Assembly (NCBI GenBank): GCA_022601195.1
Contig: JAHZIX010000006.1
Coordinates: 16,629-80,628, forward strand
DNA: 64,000 bases
Direction: 5' to 3'
Source of the DNA: Deltaproteobacteria bacterium
Lineage (GTDB): Bacteria > Acidobacteriota > Thermoanaerobaculia > Multivoradales > JAHZIX01
The notes below the pieces were generated by a model. It saw only the letters and a list, made by a program, of their open reading frames with translations. It had not been told where the DNA came from and made no database searches. How positions within the stretch are numbered: position 1 is the first letter of the stretch; each line of letters starts with the position of its first letter. The translations under genes and the position numbers were made by a program. Below are positions 32,726 through 42,622 of the stretch, piece after piece.

Positions 32726-35016
32726 TAGGCCGCTGAATCGGTGCGCGAGTCAGCCACGTCGTCCACATAGCTTTCGTAATACCGGTGTTTGCGCGCATAG
32801 CTGGCTCGACTGGAGTTGGCCCGGAAGCCATTGAGAACCGCCCCGAGCACTCTAATGTCTGAGAAAAGAAGGCGGTCGCGGCAGGCTCGGGCATCTTCCC
32901 GAACCAAAGAGCCCGCTCGGCAGCACAGCACGACGCCATCGGTCATAGAGCCGATGAGGGTGGAATCAGTCACCGCCAGGGTAGGGGGCGTGTCGACGAT
33001 GACAAAGTCGAACCGTTTGCGGGCTTGGAGGAGAAACTCCCTCATCTTGTCTGAGGACAAGAGCTCCGACGGATTGGGAGGAATGGGGCCGGAAGGGCAG
33101 AGATAGAGATTCTCGACCACCGTGGGGAACAGGATGTCCTCCGGTTCTGCGGTACCGGTCAGATAGCTCACCAAGCCGACTCGATTCGACTGCTTGAGCA
33201 ATTGGTGCTGCCTTGGTTTCCGCAGATCACCATCGATGATCAGAACATTTCGGTCTAGTTGGGACATGACCACGGCGAGGTTGGAGGCGGTGGCGGTCTT
33301 TCCTTCCCCAGCTTCTGCAGAGGTCACGGCGATCATCCGAAGCTCTTCGGCGGTAGAGAGTAGTAGCGCCGTTCGAAGGGATCGATACGCCTCAGACACC
33401 GCCAGACGGGGCTGTTCGTGAGGGAGTAGCTCGATCTTCTGTGGATCGTTCTTGCTCCGTCGTTCTCGCCAACTTTTGGAGGCCTTGGCGGGTGCCGCTC
33501 CGTAGCCATAGGCTTTGGCGCCGCGATAGCCATAGGACCGGCCAGCCTCGAAGATATCGGGTATGACCGCGAGAGTGGGGAGCCCCATGACGCTCTCCAA
33601 CTCTTCACTGGTCTTGATGGTGCGGTCCAGAAGCTCTAGAAGAGCAGCGAGCCCTACGCCGAAGAAGAGTCCCATCGCCATGCCCAGGGTGAGGTTGCGG
33701 CGCAGCGATGGCCGAAAGGGCCCTCCCGGAACCAAGGCTGTATCCACGATCCGAACGTTGGATGCACGGGTGTCTTGCAGTCTCGCAGTAACCGCAGTTT
33801 CCGACTGCCGTTGCAGCAGCTGGTTGAGCAGCTGGCGGCGGGTATTGACTTCGTCTTCGAGATTGATGAACTCGAGTCGGCTCGACTTTTGGTCGAGGGT
33901 TTTGTCCTTGAGGTTGCTGATTTCGGCTTCGAGAGCTCGCTTCTGCCGCTCCGCCGCTTGAAACTCACCCCTTGCAGCTTCTTGAGCCTGAGTCGCGCGG
34001 TCTTGGATCAGCCGGTTCAGGCTCTGACGAGCTTTGTCGATGCGTGCCTTCAGATCTACCATCTCGTGCCATTCGGGTTTGTAGACGGCGAGCTTCGATT
34101 GATAGTCCTGTTCCAGGGTTCGTAGGGCACTGCGCTGCTGCGAGACTTCCGTGCTGGCTACCGATTCAGCGAGAGCCTCAGCGGGGGTCGTCAGAAGCTC
34201 GCGATAGTAGGCTTGCTTTTGGATGTGTAGATTTTGCGCTTCCGAGAAATCCTGATTGAGAGCCTTCAGGCGCTGCAAAGTGGTGTTGGACTCCGGGTCC
34301 AGCGCCACGATGTCACTGCGGCGGCTCACTTCTTGAAGGAGGCCTTCTTTCTCGGCAATTTCTGCCCGAAGCTTCTCGATTTCAGCGCCAAGAAAAGTCG
34401 ATGCCTTGCCGGCGGTGGCGCCTCGGTATTCGATTCCCATGTCGATAAAGGCTTGGGCGAAACCGTTGGCGAGAAGAGCAGCCTTGTGGGCCGAGTCGGC
34501 TGTGTAGATCAGCTCTACTAGTTGGGTCTCTCTAACTCGCCGCACGGTCAGGCCGCCGAGAATTGAGCCGGCCAGTCCTGCTACGGCGGCTTGATCGGCG
34601 GCGGCGGTAGCTTGCTGATCTTGGCCATTGAGGGCGGTGGGAGAGCCCCCGAAAGCCGGATCCGTGGTCAGGCGCAGTTGGCGCACCACCTGTTCCGCGA
34701 GACCCCGGCTCTGAAGGAGCTTCTCTTGGGTCGGGTAGAACTCCATATTCCAGTAGTTTTCTAGCCAGGGGTTCTGGGTGCCGATGAGCGGGGTCAGGGA
34801 ACGCCGCTCAATCTGAACGACAGCTCTTGTTTGAAACTCCTCTGGACTAATCACGAACTTGGCGAAGGCAGCCCCTAGGCAAAGGACGACTGCGACCAGA
34901 ATTAAGCGCCAGTGGCGAAGCAGCTTGAAAAGGTAGTCTTTGACGTCGAACTCCATGTCCGGCGTCTGGGAAAAGCCATCCTGCTCCGTTTGCAGGAACG
35001 AATCGGAGTGACTCAA
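32725..35016 (-). CDS. wzc: Polysaccharide co-polymerase / BY-kinase (Wzc-like tyrosine autokinase)
   Basis: Two TM helices flank a long coiled-coil periplasmic region. Walker A is TSAEAGEGKTATASNLAVVM, followed by LIIDGDLRKP and DFVIVDTPP. The C-terminal Tyr cluster is YARKHRYYESY. Confidence 0.9.
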   Translation of the reverse strand: MSHSDSFLQTEQDGFSQTPDMEFDVKDYLFKLLRHWRLILVAVVLCLGAAFAKFVISPEEFQTRAVVQIERRSLTPLIGTQNPWLENYWNMEFYPTQEKLLQSRGLAEQVVRQLRLTTDPAFGGSPTALNGQDQQATAAADQAAVAGLAGSILGGLTVRRVRETQLVELIYTADSAHKAALLANGFAQAFIDMGIEYRGATAGKASTFLGAEIEKLRAEIAEKEGLLQEVSRRSDIVALDPESNTTLQRLKALNQDFSEAQNLHIQKQAYYRELLTTPAEALAESVASTEVSQQRSALRTLEQDYQSKLAVYKPEWHEMVDLKARIDKARQSLNRLIQDRATQAQEAARGEFQAAERQKRALEAEISNLKDKTLDQKSSRLEFINLEDEVNTRRQLLNQLLQRQSETAVTARLQDTRASNVRIVDTALVPGGPFRPSLRRNLTLGMAMGLFFGVGLAALLELLDRTIKTSEELESVMGLPTLAVIPDIFEAGRSYGYRGAKAYGYGAAPAKASKSWRERRSKNDPQKIELLPHEQPRLAVSEAYRSLRTALLLSTAEELRMIAVTSAEAGEGKTATASNLAVVMSQLDRNVLIIDGDLRKPRQHQLLKQSNRVGLVSYLTGTAEPEDILFPTVVENLYLCPSGPIPPNPSELLSSDKMREFLLQARKRFDFVIVDTPPTLAVTDSTLIGSMTDGVVLCCRAGSLVREDARACRDRLLFSDIRVLGAVLNGFRANSSRASYARKHRYYESYVDDVADSRTDSAA

Positions 35017-35858
35017 AAGAAAGACTCCTTGACCACCACTACGTCACCTTCTCGAAGGCGGAAATCTTCTTCCTTGCCAGCGACGATGCGTTTGTAGTCG
35101 ACGCCGATCTCCTGGCCGGTAGAGTCGTGGGTCTGGCCGGCTCGTTTGACGACGATTTTTGGAGAGGCCCGATCCGTCAACCCGCCAGCTCGAGCGATGG
35201 CTGCGAGAAGGGAGACGCGCTCACTGCTCTTGAAGGTCAGGGCACCTGGTCGTTCAACGGCTCCGAGGCAATACACCGTCACGTCGACCGCAGCGGAGAC
35301 GTTGATGAGGTCGTTGGCGAAGATGGGAATATTGACTTTGGGGTCGGCTCGGACCATGAGGTCGTCTACAGCGATCTCCACTTGGCTCGAGAGCCCGTTC
35401 TCCGCTTGTCGCCGGACATAGATCACGGTGCCATGATTTTCGGCAAGGCCTCCCGCGGCGGTGAGAGCCTCCAGTAGAGTCCAGCGACCGGAAAAGCCTA
35501 GATCTCCCGGTTTAGTGACCGCTCCGATCACCGAAATGGGCTTGGAGCGATATTCACGCAACTGTACGGACACGGAGGCGCGCTGGAAAAAACGTTCTTC
35601 CAACCTCTCCTTCAGTCGTGCTTCCAACTGCGCCGCTGTGAGGCCGAGCACGGAAACATCGCCAACCGGTGGGAAGTTGATGTCTCCGTCGGTAGAAACG
35701 CGGTGCTCACTGTTGAGGTTGGGCGCCTCGAAGACCCGAATCTCGACGAGATCCTTGGGGCCGATTCGATAATTGTCGACATTCTGAGCCGTGGCGTCCG
35801 GGAGGGCCGCTGCTAGAAAGAAGACACAAGAAACCCAGTACAACAGTTTTCTCATCAT
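35013..35858 (-). CDS. wza: Outer-membrane polysaccharide export protein, Wza-like OPX (short form lacking C-terminal OM helix)
   Basis: Signal peptide. Poly_export motif NYRIGPKDLVEIRVFEAPNLNSEHRVSTDGDINFPPVGDVSVLGLTAAQLE. SLBB repeats. At 281 aa it is about 100 aa shorter than E. coli Wza. Confidence 0.85.
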   Translation of the reverse strand: MMRKLLYWVSCVFFLAAALPDATAQNVDNYRIGPKDLVEIRVFEAPNLNSEHRVSTDGDINFPPVGDVSVLGLTAAQLEARLKERLEERFFQRASVSVQLREYRSKPISVIGAVTKPGDLGFSGRWTLLEALTAAGGLAENHGTVIYVRRQAENGLSSQVEIAVDDLMVRADPKVNIPIFANDLINVSAAVDVTVYCLGAVERPGALTFKSSERVSLLAAIARAGGLTDRASPKIVVKRAGQTHDSTGQEIGVDYKRIVAGKEEDFRLREGDVVVVKESFF

Positions 35859-35901
35859 TTTAGAGTAACTCAGTTAGACCTTTGGGGTCTACCGGTTGCA
35901 G

Positions 35902-37191
35902 CTATGGCCAAGAGCTACCTCCGAAGGTCAGGTTTGCCGTCAGGCGGGTGAAGGAACGGTCAAACTCCGCGATGGACGAGTCGAAATCGGTCTCTGCTGC
36001 ACCCAGGCGAAAGGTGGAGTTGGGGCGGAGGCGGAACTCGAGGCGGGCTCCGTATCCCTGATATTCGTCTTTTCGATCAGGCCCCAATAGCTGGGAGGCA
36101 GTGTAGTCGGAGTCGCCAGTTTCCGCGTAGATCTCCAAGCTGGTTCGCCGGCCAAAGCTCATCTTGGCTGCGGCTCCTAGGCGGTCGTCGATGGAATAGA
36201 CGAAACCATCGCCGATGGAGTAGGTGACCGACCGGCGGCCATAGGAGATCAGGGTTAGACGGCTACGGGGCTCGAAACCCACCTGGAAGGAACCGGTCGT
36301 TTCGTCGAGCTCTAGGAACTTGGAACCGGGTTCGCCCTCCAGGTCGCGCTGATTGAGCCGCAGATAAAGTTGGCGGCCGCCTCGATTGAAGTCAACTTCG
36401 AGAAAAGGCGTGGTGCCACTGTTGGAGAGGTCGTTGTCTGGATTTCGAAAGATCGCTTCCGAAACTTCAACGCCGAGTTTGAAAAACCAATCCGACTTGA
36501 GTCTCAGCCGGAAACCGACCTCGAGGAGCTCCTCATCCCGATCCAGGCGGTCGAAGGGAGCCGTTCGCGAGTCCTCAGTTTCTTCCACCAGGTGCCGGTA
36601 GTCGGTTGAATAAAACGATGAGAAGAGCCACATAGAGTTCCTCAAAGCGACTTCGGCTCCGAACCGTAGGTCATCCTCTTTGGTGACGATAGCCTGTTCG
36701 AACTCGGAGGAAACGAACCGTTGATTCTCGTCGGACCGGGCAGAGACCTCTAGCGTCAGGCGATTGAAGTAGGCGAAGATACCGCCACCAAAGCGGTCAT
36801 TGAATCGTCTCCGGTCTTCCAGTTTCTGCCACCAGACATATTGAGGTAGATAATAGGCAACCGCCGTGGTCTTGCCCCCGAGGGGGATGTAGGCTTGTAG
36901 GCCGGCACTGATCGTGGCGGTGAGATCACTGGTCTCGGGCTCGTCGGAGCCGGAGAAAACATCGGTGAGGTAGCTGAGGTTCCTCAAGGAGAGCTCAGGT
37001 TCGACCCGTACGGGGCCAAACTTCCAGCGAGCTTCCTGGGTGTCTTGGGAGATCTTGTCTCGTTGAGAGACCGGGTCCCCACGTAAATCGCCCGGAGGAG
37101 CGTATGTGGAAAGCTGGGCGTCTGCGGAAACACAAAAGCCCACCGCAATGACTAGGCATAATGGTAGGGGTAGGGTGTTAGAAGGTCTCAT
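35902..37191 (-). CDS. Outer-membrane beta-barrel protein (putative partner of the short OPX)
   Basis: Signal peptide MRPSNTLPLPLCLVIAVGFCVSADAQ. Alternating hydrophobic beta-strand pattern throughout. C-terminal ...LTFGGSSWP. The ORF track starts at 37239; the start at Met17 is used here. Confidence 0.5.
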   Translation of the reverse strand: MRPSNTLPLPLCLVIAVGFCVSADAQLSTYAPPGDLRGDPVSQRDKISQDTQEARWKFGPVRVEPELSLRNLSYLTDVFSGSDEPETSDLTATISAGLQAYIPLGGKTTAVAYYLPQYVWWQKLEDRRRFNDRFGGGIFAYFNRLTLEVSARSDENQRFVSSEFEQAIVTKEDDLRFGAEVALRNSMWLFSSFYSTDYRHLVEETEDSRTAPFDRLDRDEELLEVGFRLRLKSDWFFKLGVEVSEAIFRNPDNDLSNSGTTPFLEVDFNRGGRQLYLRLNQRDLEGEPGSKFLELDETTGSFQVGFEPRSRLTLISYGRRSVTYSIGDGFVYSIDDRLGAAAKMSFGRRTSLEIYAETGDSDYTASQLLGPDRKDEYQGYGARLEFRLRPNSTFRLGAAETDFDSSIAEFDRSFTRLTANLTFGGSSWP

Positions 37192-37203
37192 TTCTCCTCC
37201 GAG

Positions 37204-38664
37204 TTGGTGGGCAACGGGGTCGGCGCGATGATAAGGCATTTACCTTTGATCCTCGCGGTCTTCCTTGCTCTTGTCCTTTTCTTGATACCTCTACCGTTCG
37301 GTGGAGTGACTCCTTGGGCGGCGTCCTGGACGCAAATCCTCTGCTTCCTGGGCCTATCTCTGGCTTTGGTCCGGGCTCGTTCTATGGCCTATTTCAAGCC
37401 AGTTCGAGCTCCCGCCTTAGCACTGGGGGCGATCGCTTTGCTGGGTACTTTACAGGCCTTGGCCTGGCCGGCTGGCTTAGTGGGGTGGATTTCCCCCGAG
37501 CATTTGGAAGCCCATCGCGCTACAGCGGAGATGATCGGTAAGGGGAAGGGTGAGGTGATCTCTTCGGGTGCTCCTCATCTCAGTTTGGCGCCGGAGGTGT
37601 CCCGGCGGGTCGCTCTCGGCTGGGCAGCGCTAGCAGCTCTAGTTGCTGTAGCTGGGGTCGTCGGTCGCCATCGCTGGCATCGCCGAGCCTTGGCTGGGGG
37701 CCTTTTGGCGGCCGCTTTCTTCCAAATTTTCTACGGAGCTCGCCGGTGGCTCAGTGGCCTGACCACCATCTGGGGGGTCGAAGTTCCCGGCTCTTCCGAT
37801 CGGCTTCGTGGCACCTTCGTCAATCCCGATCATCTGGCCCTCTTTCTCGAGATTGGGCTGGCTGTCGTGTTCGCCTGGTCTTGGTGGGCGCTGCGACAAT
37901 CTGCCCGGCGCCATCGGTGGGAACGACGACTCCTCTTGGTTGGACCTCCGCTGATCTGCTGGTGCTTTCTCTTCGTGGCCCTCGCCTTTACGGGTTCGCG
38001 AGCCGGGTTGGTTGCGGCGGTGATCGGAGTCGCGGTACAGACTTTCCTCTTGCTGTGGCTAGACGGGCGCCATCGGTGGCGAGCGGTGGGGGTGGGCCTA
38101 GGGGCGGTAGTGATCGGTTTACTTGCTATCGGAGTGACCGGGGCGAGGTTTGGATTCGGCCGCCTCCTTGCCACCTCACCCTACGAGGTCACCTTCGGGG
38201 CACGATTCGAAGCAATACGCAGCAGTCTCACCCTGTGGCAGGAATACCCTTGGCTGGGGACTGGCCTAGGCACCTTTCGAGACGCTTTTCCCGTCGTCCA
38301 ACCTCTGACGATTCGCGGTGGCTCCTGGCGCCATGCCCATAGCGATGTCGTTGAGCTGGGGGTCACCACGGGAGTTCTTGGGTGCCTCCTATTCGCCACC
38401 GGCCTGGCCTTTTTACTGGTTCATCTGGTTCGGGTGCTTCGCTGGGGTTGGTCTTCTGAGGATCGAGCGGCTGGTCTTGCTGCCCTGGGGGCCATCGCTG
38501 CCGTTGGGGCTCACGAGTGGGTCGACTTCGGCTTGACGATGCCGGCCAACTCCCTGGCGTTGGCCGTCGTGTGTGGTGCAGCAGCGGCTGCGCGGCTCGA
38601 CTTGGAAAAGGTCACCTCCCCCGGAGTAAAGAGGACCGGGGCCAAGGACTCCAGCTCGAGGTAG
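37204..38664 (+). CDS. O-antigen ligase / Wzy_C-family membrane protein
   Basis: FTGSRAGLVAAVIG, EYPWLGTGLGTFRDAF and HAHSDVVELGVTTGVLG are Wzy_C hallmarks. The start may be the internal Met9 (37228). It is divergent from the beta-barrel gene. Confidence 0.75.
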   Translation: MVGNGVGAMIRHLPLILAVFLALVLFLIPLPFGGVTPWAASWTQILCFLGLSLALVRARSMAYFKPVRAPALALGAIALLGTLQALAWPAGLVGWISPEHLEAHRATAEMIGKGKGEVISSGAPHLSLAPEVSRRVALGWAALAALVAVAGVVGRHRWHRRALAGGLLAAAFFQIFYGARRWLSGLTTIWGVEVPGSSDRLRGTFVNPDHLALFLEIGLAVVFAWSWWALRQSARRHRWERRLLLVGPPLICWCFLFVALAFTGSRAGLVAAVIGVAVQTFLLLWLDGRHRWRAVGVGLGAVVIGLLAIGVTGARFGFGRLLATSPYEVTFGARFEAIRSSLTLWQEYPWLGTGLGTFRDAFPVVQPLTIRGGSWRHAHSDVVELGVTTGVLGCLLFATGLAFLLVHLVRVLRWGWSSEDRAAGLAALGAIAAVGAHEWVDFGLTMPANSLALAVVCGAAAAARLDLEKVTSPGVKRTGAKDSSSR

Positions 38665-40238
38665 TGCACTTCCCCCGCGGCTGCGGAGATTTCTAAGCTC
38701 ACTAGCCCACCGGGCTGGATTTGGAAAGTTCCAATGGGGGAACCGTCCAGTCGAGCTTCGAGAACGGTTCCTGTTGCATTGACGTGGGTGAATTGGATTT
38801 CCACGCTTTCCTGCTTTTCCCCTGCCAGCCATTCGAGACGATAGGCTCTCTCTTTGCGTTTCCAGGCCTGCGCAGGGAGCCGGTTGCGGGCCATGAGCCG
38901 TAGCCTGTCGTTGGCTAGATCGAGGAGGTCTCGATCGCTGAGAGCCATCGCTAGGTCTCGTCGCACCAGCCAAAATAGAGGGTGGTCTCTCCACACCGGA
39001 TCGACGGAGGCGAGAGAGACTTTCGCAGCAGCGAGGTCTCCTCGTTGCAGGAGAGCGCGGGACAGGGCTATGCGAAAAGCGCTCCATTCCGGCGCGCCAG
39101 GAGGCGCCTGAGAGCGACGCTCGAGGAGCTCAGCCCTGACCAGGTCGTTGGATGCCAAGGCAGCTAGGGCCTGCTCAGGTGGGTCGAGCTCCCCGGAGGC
39201 GAGGGTCAATCGGGCTACTACCTCGGGGTCCAACGGGCTACTTCTGGTCAGGAACAACTCAAAGGTGCGGTCCAGATGGCGGCGCAGACTCCGGGCGTAA
39301 TGGGCGCTATAGGCCCCAGGTGGACAACGGGAGAGGGCTCGATTGATGACTGGATCCATGGCGCTTTCGAGAGGGGCCACGGAAGCGGCGGTGAGGAAAA
39401 GGTGGCGAGCACCGCGCAAGTCGCGTCCGGCAAGGTGGAATTCCGCTTGCTCCATGGAGGTGAAGACTTCGTTCCGTAGCGCGGATTGGAGCAGGTCATA
39501 GGCTTCTCGTACGGCTGGCCAGTCGCTGAGGCCAGCGTACTCACGGATGAGAAATCGCCAAGCATCGGGATCGTCCGGGACCACTGAGAAGGCTTCTTGT
39601 CGATCCTTGGCTCGGCTGAGCCAGGGAGCGATCAAACGGCGAAAATGACGGGTGTCCTCCATGGCTCTTCTCAAAAGGCTCTGGGCTAGTTGCTGTTTCT
39701 CAGCAGAAAGAGCCGGCCAAACCTCGAGATAGGCCGAGGCCAGGAAACGAGTCGGCTCGACTCGACTTGGTGCCAGCTCCAGGCTGCGAAGTAGAGGGTC
39801 TTGCCAGGTTTCCGGCGATCGAAACAGGCGGCCATCTCGTTGCAGCGACCAGTCGAGGTAGGTGGCGGCTCCTAGAATCATCGGAGCTTCCCAATTCGTT
39901 GGCCTCTGCAATTGGACTTTCTGGGCGAGGCTTCTGGCTAGGTCGAGGTGGCGTCCCCTCGGCTTTTGGGAATCCGGTTCCAGCGCAGCGGCAACAATGA
40001 AGCGGGCAACCATCATGCGAGCCCGCTGGGGATCACTCTCCCTTTTGATGCGCAGGAGCAGGCCGGAGCTCGGGTCTAGGTCCAGATGTTCTGCTACCTG
40101 AAGAACCGTGTTTTGGTCTCGCAGAAAGCTCTGATGAGCGCCAAAGGCGGTCAAAGCCAAGAGGAGTGAAGCGGCGGCGAGAGAGAATCTCCAAGTTCGG
40201 TGCCGAAGGCTCAGGGAGGAAGGGTGTATAGAGGCCAT
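38511..40238 (-). CDS. Secreted alpha-helical hypothetical protein (possible alpha/alpha-toroid polysaccharide-processing enzyme)
   Basis: N-terminal signal/anchor LAAASLLLALTAFGA. 575 aa, largely predicted helical, with Arg/Leu/Ala-rich repeats. No catalytic motif recognised. The 3' end overlaps the convergent Wzy_C gene by ~150 nt. Confidence 0.35.
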   Translation of the reverse strand: MASIHPSSLSLRHRTWRFSLAAASLLLALTAFGAHQSFLRDQNTVLQVAEHLDLDPSSGLLLRIKRESDPQRARMMVARFIVAAALEPDSQKPRGRHLDLARSLAQKVQLQRPTNWEAPMILGAATYLDWSLQRDGRLFRSPETWQDPLLRSLELAPSRVEPTRFLASAYLEVWPALSAEKQQLAQSLLRRAMEDTRHFRRLIAPWLSRAKDRQEAFSVVPDDPDAWRFLIREYAGLSDWPAVREAYDLLQSALRNEVFTSMEQAEFHLAGRDLRGARHLFLTAASVAPLESAMDPVINRALSRCPPGAYSAHYARSLRRHLDRTFELFLTRSSPLDPEVVARLTLASGELDPPEQALAALASNDLVRAELLERRSQAPPGAPEWSAFRIALSRALLQRGDLAAAKVSLASVDPVWRDHPLFWLVRRDLAMALSDRDLLDLANDRLRLMARNRLPAQAWKRKERAYRLEWLAGEKQESVEIQFTHVNATGTVLEARLDGSPIGTFQIQPGGLVSLEISAAAGEVHYLELESLAPVLFTPGEVTFSKSSRAAAAAPHTTANARELAGIVKPKSTHS

Positions 40239-40260
40239 AGGGAGATATACTAGCTAATTC

Positions 40261-40671
40261 ATGGGAAGTAAGCGTATTCATGGCCGTTGGGCGGTTGCGG
40301 CGGCTATTTGGATGAGCTTGGCCTGGGTCTTGTTGACGATGCAGCTGGGGTCCGCCGAAACGGGGACCCAGGAAGTTTCCGTCTCTGCTTTTGTCGACTC
40401 CTTTGCCAAATTCGGTCACGCTGCTCTCTTTGGCATTCTCGCTTGGCTATTGCACCGTTCTCTGGTCCACCCTCGGGAGAGGAGTCTCGGTGGCTGGTAT
40501 TTCCAGGCTCTTTGGGCAGCGACTCTTGCGGCGATCGGGTACGGAGTCGTCACGGAGTTATACCAGGGGCTACTGCCTCACCGTTCCACCGAGTTCAGAG
40601 ACGCTGTCGCCAATAGTGCCGGGGTCGCCTGCTACGCTTTGTTCGCTTTTTGTTGGCGAGGAAAGGGCTAG
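40261..40671 (+). CDS. VanZ-like family membrane protein
   Basis: 136 aa, 4 TM helices. FGHAALFGILAWLL...TELYQGLLPHRSTEFRDAVANSAGVACY matches the VanZ-like pattern. Confidence 0.6.
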   Translation: MGSKRIHGRWAVAAAIWMSLAWVLLTMQLGSAETGTQEVSVSAFVDSFAKFGHAALFGILAWLLHRSLVHPRERSLGGWYFQALWAATLAAIGYGVVTELYQGLLPHRSTEFRDAVANSAGVACYALFAFCWRGKG

Positions 40672-40745
40672 ACGTTTGATGCGTGGTTCGCTGAGAAACT
40701 CAAGACAGGTCGATAACGCAGGTCGCCAAGAGCCGACCATCCCAG

Positions 40746-42170
40746 GTGCCCGAAGGTAGATCCAGTCGAGGGGCCGTCATTTTGTCTCGTTCTAAGACCA
40801 CCAGAAAGAAACGCGGAGCCGGAGGGAAGCTCCTGGGGGCCGGACTGGGGCTGCGGCTGGACCGGGCGGCCGTGGTGCTGGGAGAGACTTTCTTTTGGCT
40901 GTTGTTGATCTCCGTATGGTGGTTTCATGACCCCGAAGCGAAAGACGCCTTCCGTTTGCCAAAACAGGTCTTGAGTCAAGGCCTTGCTCTCGCTTCGATT
41001 TGCGCCCTCTGCTGGCGCCTGCGGGGAGCCTCTCTGGGTCTAGGCCAGATCAAGCGATGCCAGGTAGTGAGAGCTCTGGTGCCTTTACTCCTGGTGGCGA
41101 GCTTGGGACTGGTCTTCTCTCGATATCCCCTTCATTTGCAGGACGCCCTCACCTCACTGGCTATCGGTAGTTTGGCTCTGGTGGTGTGGAGTTGCTGGTT
41201 GCCGGTCGAGACTCTGAACCGCCTGGTTGGTGGGATCGTCGTACCCGGCGTTGCTTCCGCCCTGGTGGGTATTTCCCAGTTCCACGGCATTTGGCGGCCC
41301 TTCGATTTTGCCGGCGAGTTGGAGTCCCAGAGACTTGGTGTCACCTCCTTTGCTGGTAGCGCTGGGGACCTGGCCGTTTTCTTGGTTCTGCCTTGCCTAA
41401 TCGCTCAGCAGCGATGGGTGGTGAGTACGGGGCGTCGACGCTGGGGGTGGGCCGCAGCGCTGGCGATCTGCCTGTACGCCCTGGCGGTAACTCAAACCCT
41501 CTCTGCCCTGGTCGCCTTGATCGTGGGAAGCCTAGTGTTCTGGCTGATTTTCGCCTCCACCAAGCGGGTTCTGGCAGTGGCTACCGGCCTAGGTCTTGCG
41601 GCTAGCTTGTTGATCCTCGTTTTGGCTCCACTGAGGGCGCGAGTGGTCTCTAAGGTTCAGTACCTGGCGAAGGGAAAAATCGATGAGGTTCTGACCGGCC
41701 GTCTCGACGGCTGGAAGGGAGCCTGGTGGATGTTGTCAGAGAATCCTCTCACTGGCGTCGGGTTGGGGGGCTATCGGGCGGAGTTCGCGACGGCCAAGAT
41801 GGCCCTTGTCGACCAGGGAGTTGAATTTTTCCGCGGCCAGCACCAGGTCATGTTTGTGAACGCCCACAACGAGTTTCTGGAGGTTGCTGCAGAACTGGGA
41901 TGGCCGGGCTTGGTGGCCCTTGCCTGGGCTCTCTGGGTTCTGTTTCAAGTGCTGAGAAATCGCACCTCCCGAATCCAAGGAAAAGACGCACCGGCCCTGG
42001 AGCTACAGCCGAGATCGCGGGCGGATTCTGCTCTCGCTTGGTCTGGAGTGACCGGTTTGGCGGTTTGCTCTCTGGCCCAATTTCCCTTTCGCCTGGCCAT
42101 GGTGGCGTTTCCGGCTATCCTGTTTCTGGCCTGGGTGTTTGCTCGCCAAAGCTCGGAGGAACCATCTTGA
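40746..42170 (+). CDS. O-antigen ligase / Wzy_C-family membrane protein
   Basis: TGRLDGWKGAWWMLSENPLTGVGLGGY and VNAHNEFLEVAAELGWPGLVA (H-N-x-x-L-E) are Wzy_C motifs. About 12 TM helices. Confidence 0.7.
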   Translation: MPEGRSSRGAVILSRSKTTRKKRGAGGKLLGAGLGLRLDRAAVVLGETFFWLLLISVWWFHDPEAKDAFRLPKQVLSQGLALASICALCWRLRGASLGLGQIKRCQVVRALVPLLLVASLGLVFSRYPLHLQDALTSLAIGSLALVVWSCWLPVETLNRLVGGIVVPGVASALVGISQFHGIWRPFDFAGELESQRLGVTSFAGSAGDLAVFLVLPCLIAQQRWVVSTGRRRWGWAAALAICLYALAVTQTLSALVALIVGSLVFWLIFASTKRVLAVATGLGLAASLLILVLAPLRARVVSKVQYLAKGKIDEVLTGRLDGWKGAWWMLSENPLTGVGLGGYRAEFATAKMALVDQGVEFFRGQHQVMFVNAHNEFLEVAAELGWPGLVALAWALWVLFQVLRNRTSRIQGKDAPALELQPRSRADSALAWSGVTGLAVCSLAQFPFRLAMVAFPAILFLAWVFARQSSEEPS

Positions 42171-42196
42171 AAGGGAGCTATGCTGCTGGTCTCGCC

Positions 42197-42622
42197 ATGA
42201 TGTTGACCCTGTTTGCACTGGTATGGCAGGTCCAGGATGGCCGCAAGCGCATGGCGGCGAGTCGACTCCTCTACCGGGCCGAGGCCATTAGTCTCGAAGT
42301 GATGGCGGCGGGAACAGCGCCGCGGGCCTATCTGCAACAGAACCTGCGTGATTTGCGGCGGGCAGCGAATCTAGACCCCCTCGAGGCCGCTATCCCCTTA
42401 GCTCTGGGCAGCCAGTTCCTACTCCTCGATTCCCCCCAGGCGGCTCAAGAGGCCTATCTTCAGGCCTTGGAGATCGAGCCCCGTCCGGAAACCTACCTGA
42501 ACCTCGGAAAAGCCCAGTTCCGTTCCGGTCAAGAGGAAGCTGCTCGGGAGAATTTCGACCGAGCCATCAAACTCGACTGGCATTTCAAGTCCGAGATTCC
42601 CAGACAAGCTAGGGAACGGTGA
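42197..42622 (+). CDS. Small TPR-like protein (start uncertain)
   Basis: AQEAYLQALEIEPRPETYLNLGKAQFRSGQEEAARENFDRAIKLD forms TPR repeats. The ORF track starts at 41900, inside the preceding gene; Met100 is taken as the start. Confidence 0.35.
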   Translation: MMLTLFALVWQVQDGRKRMAASRLLYRAEAISLEVMAAGTAPRAYLQQNLRDLRRAANLDPLEAAIPLALGSQFLLLDSPQAAQEAYLQALEIEPRPETYLNLGKAQFRSGQEEAARENFDRAIKLDWHFKSEIPRQARER

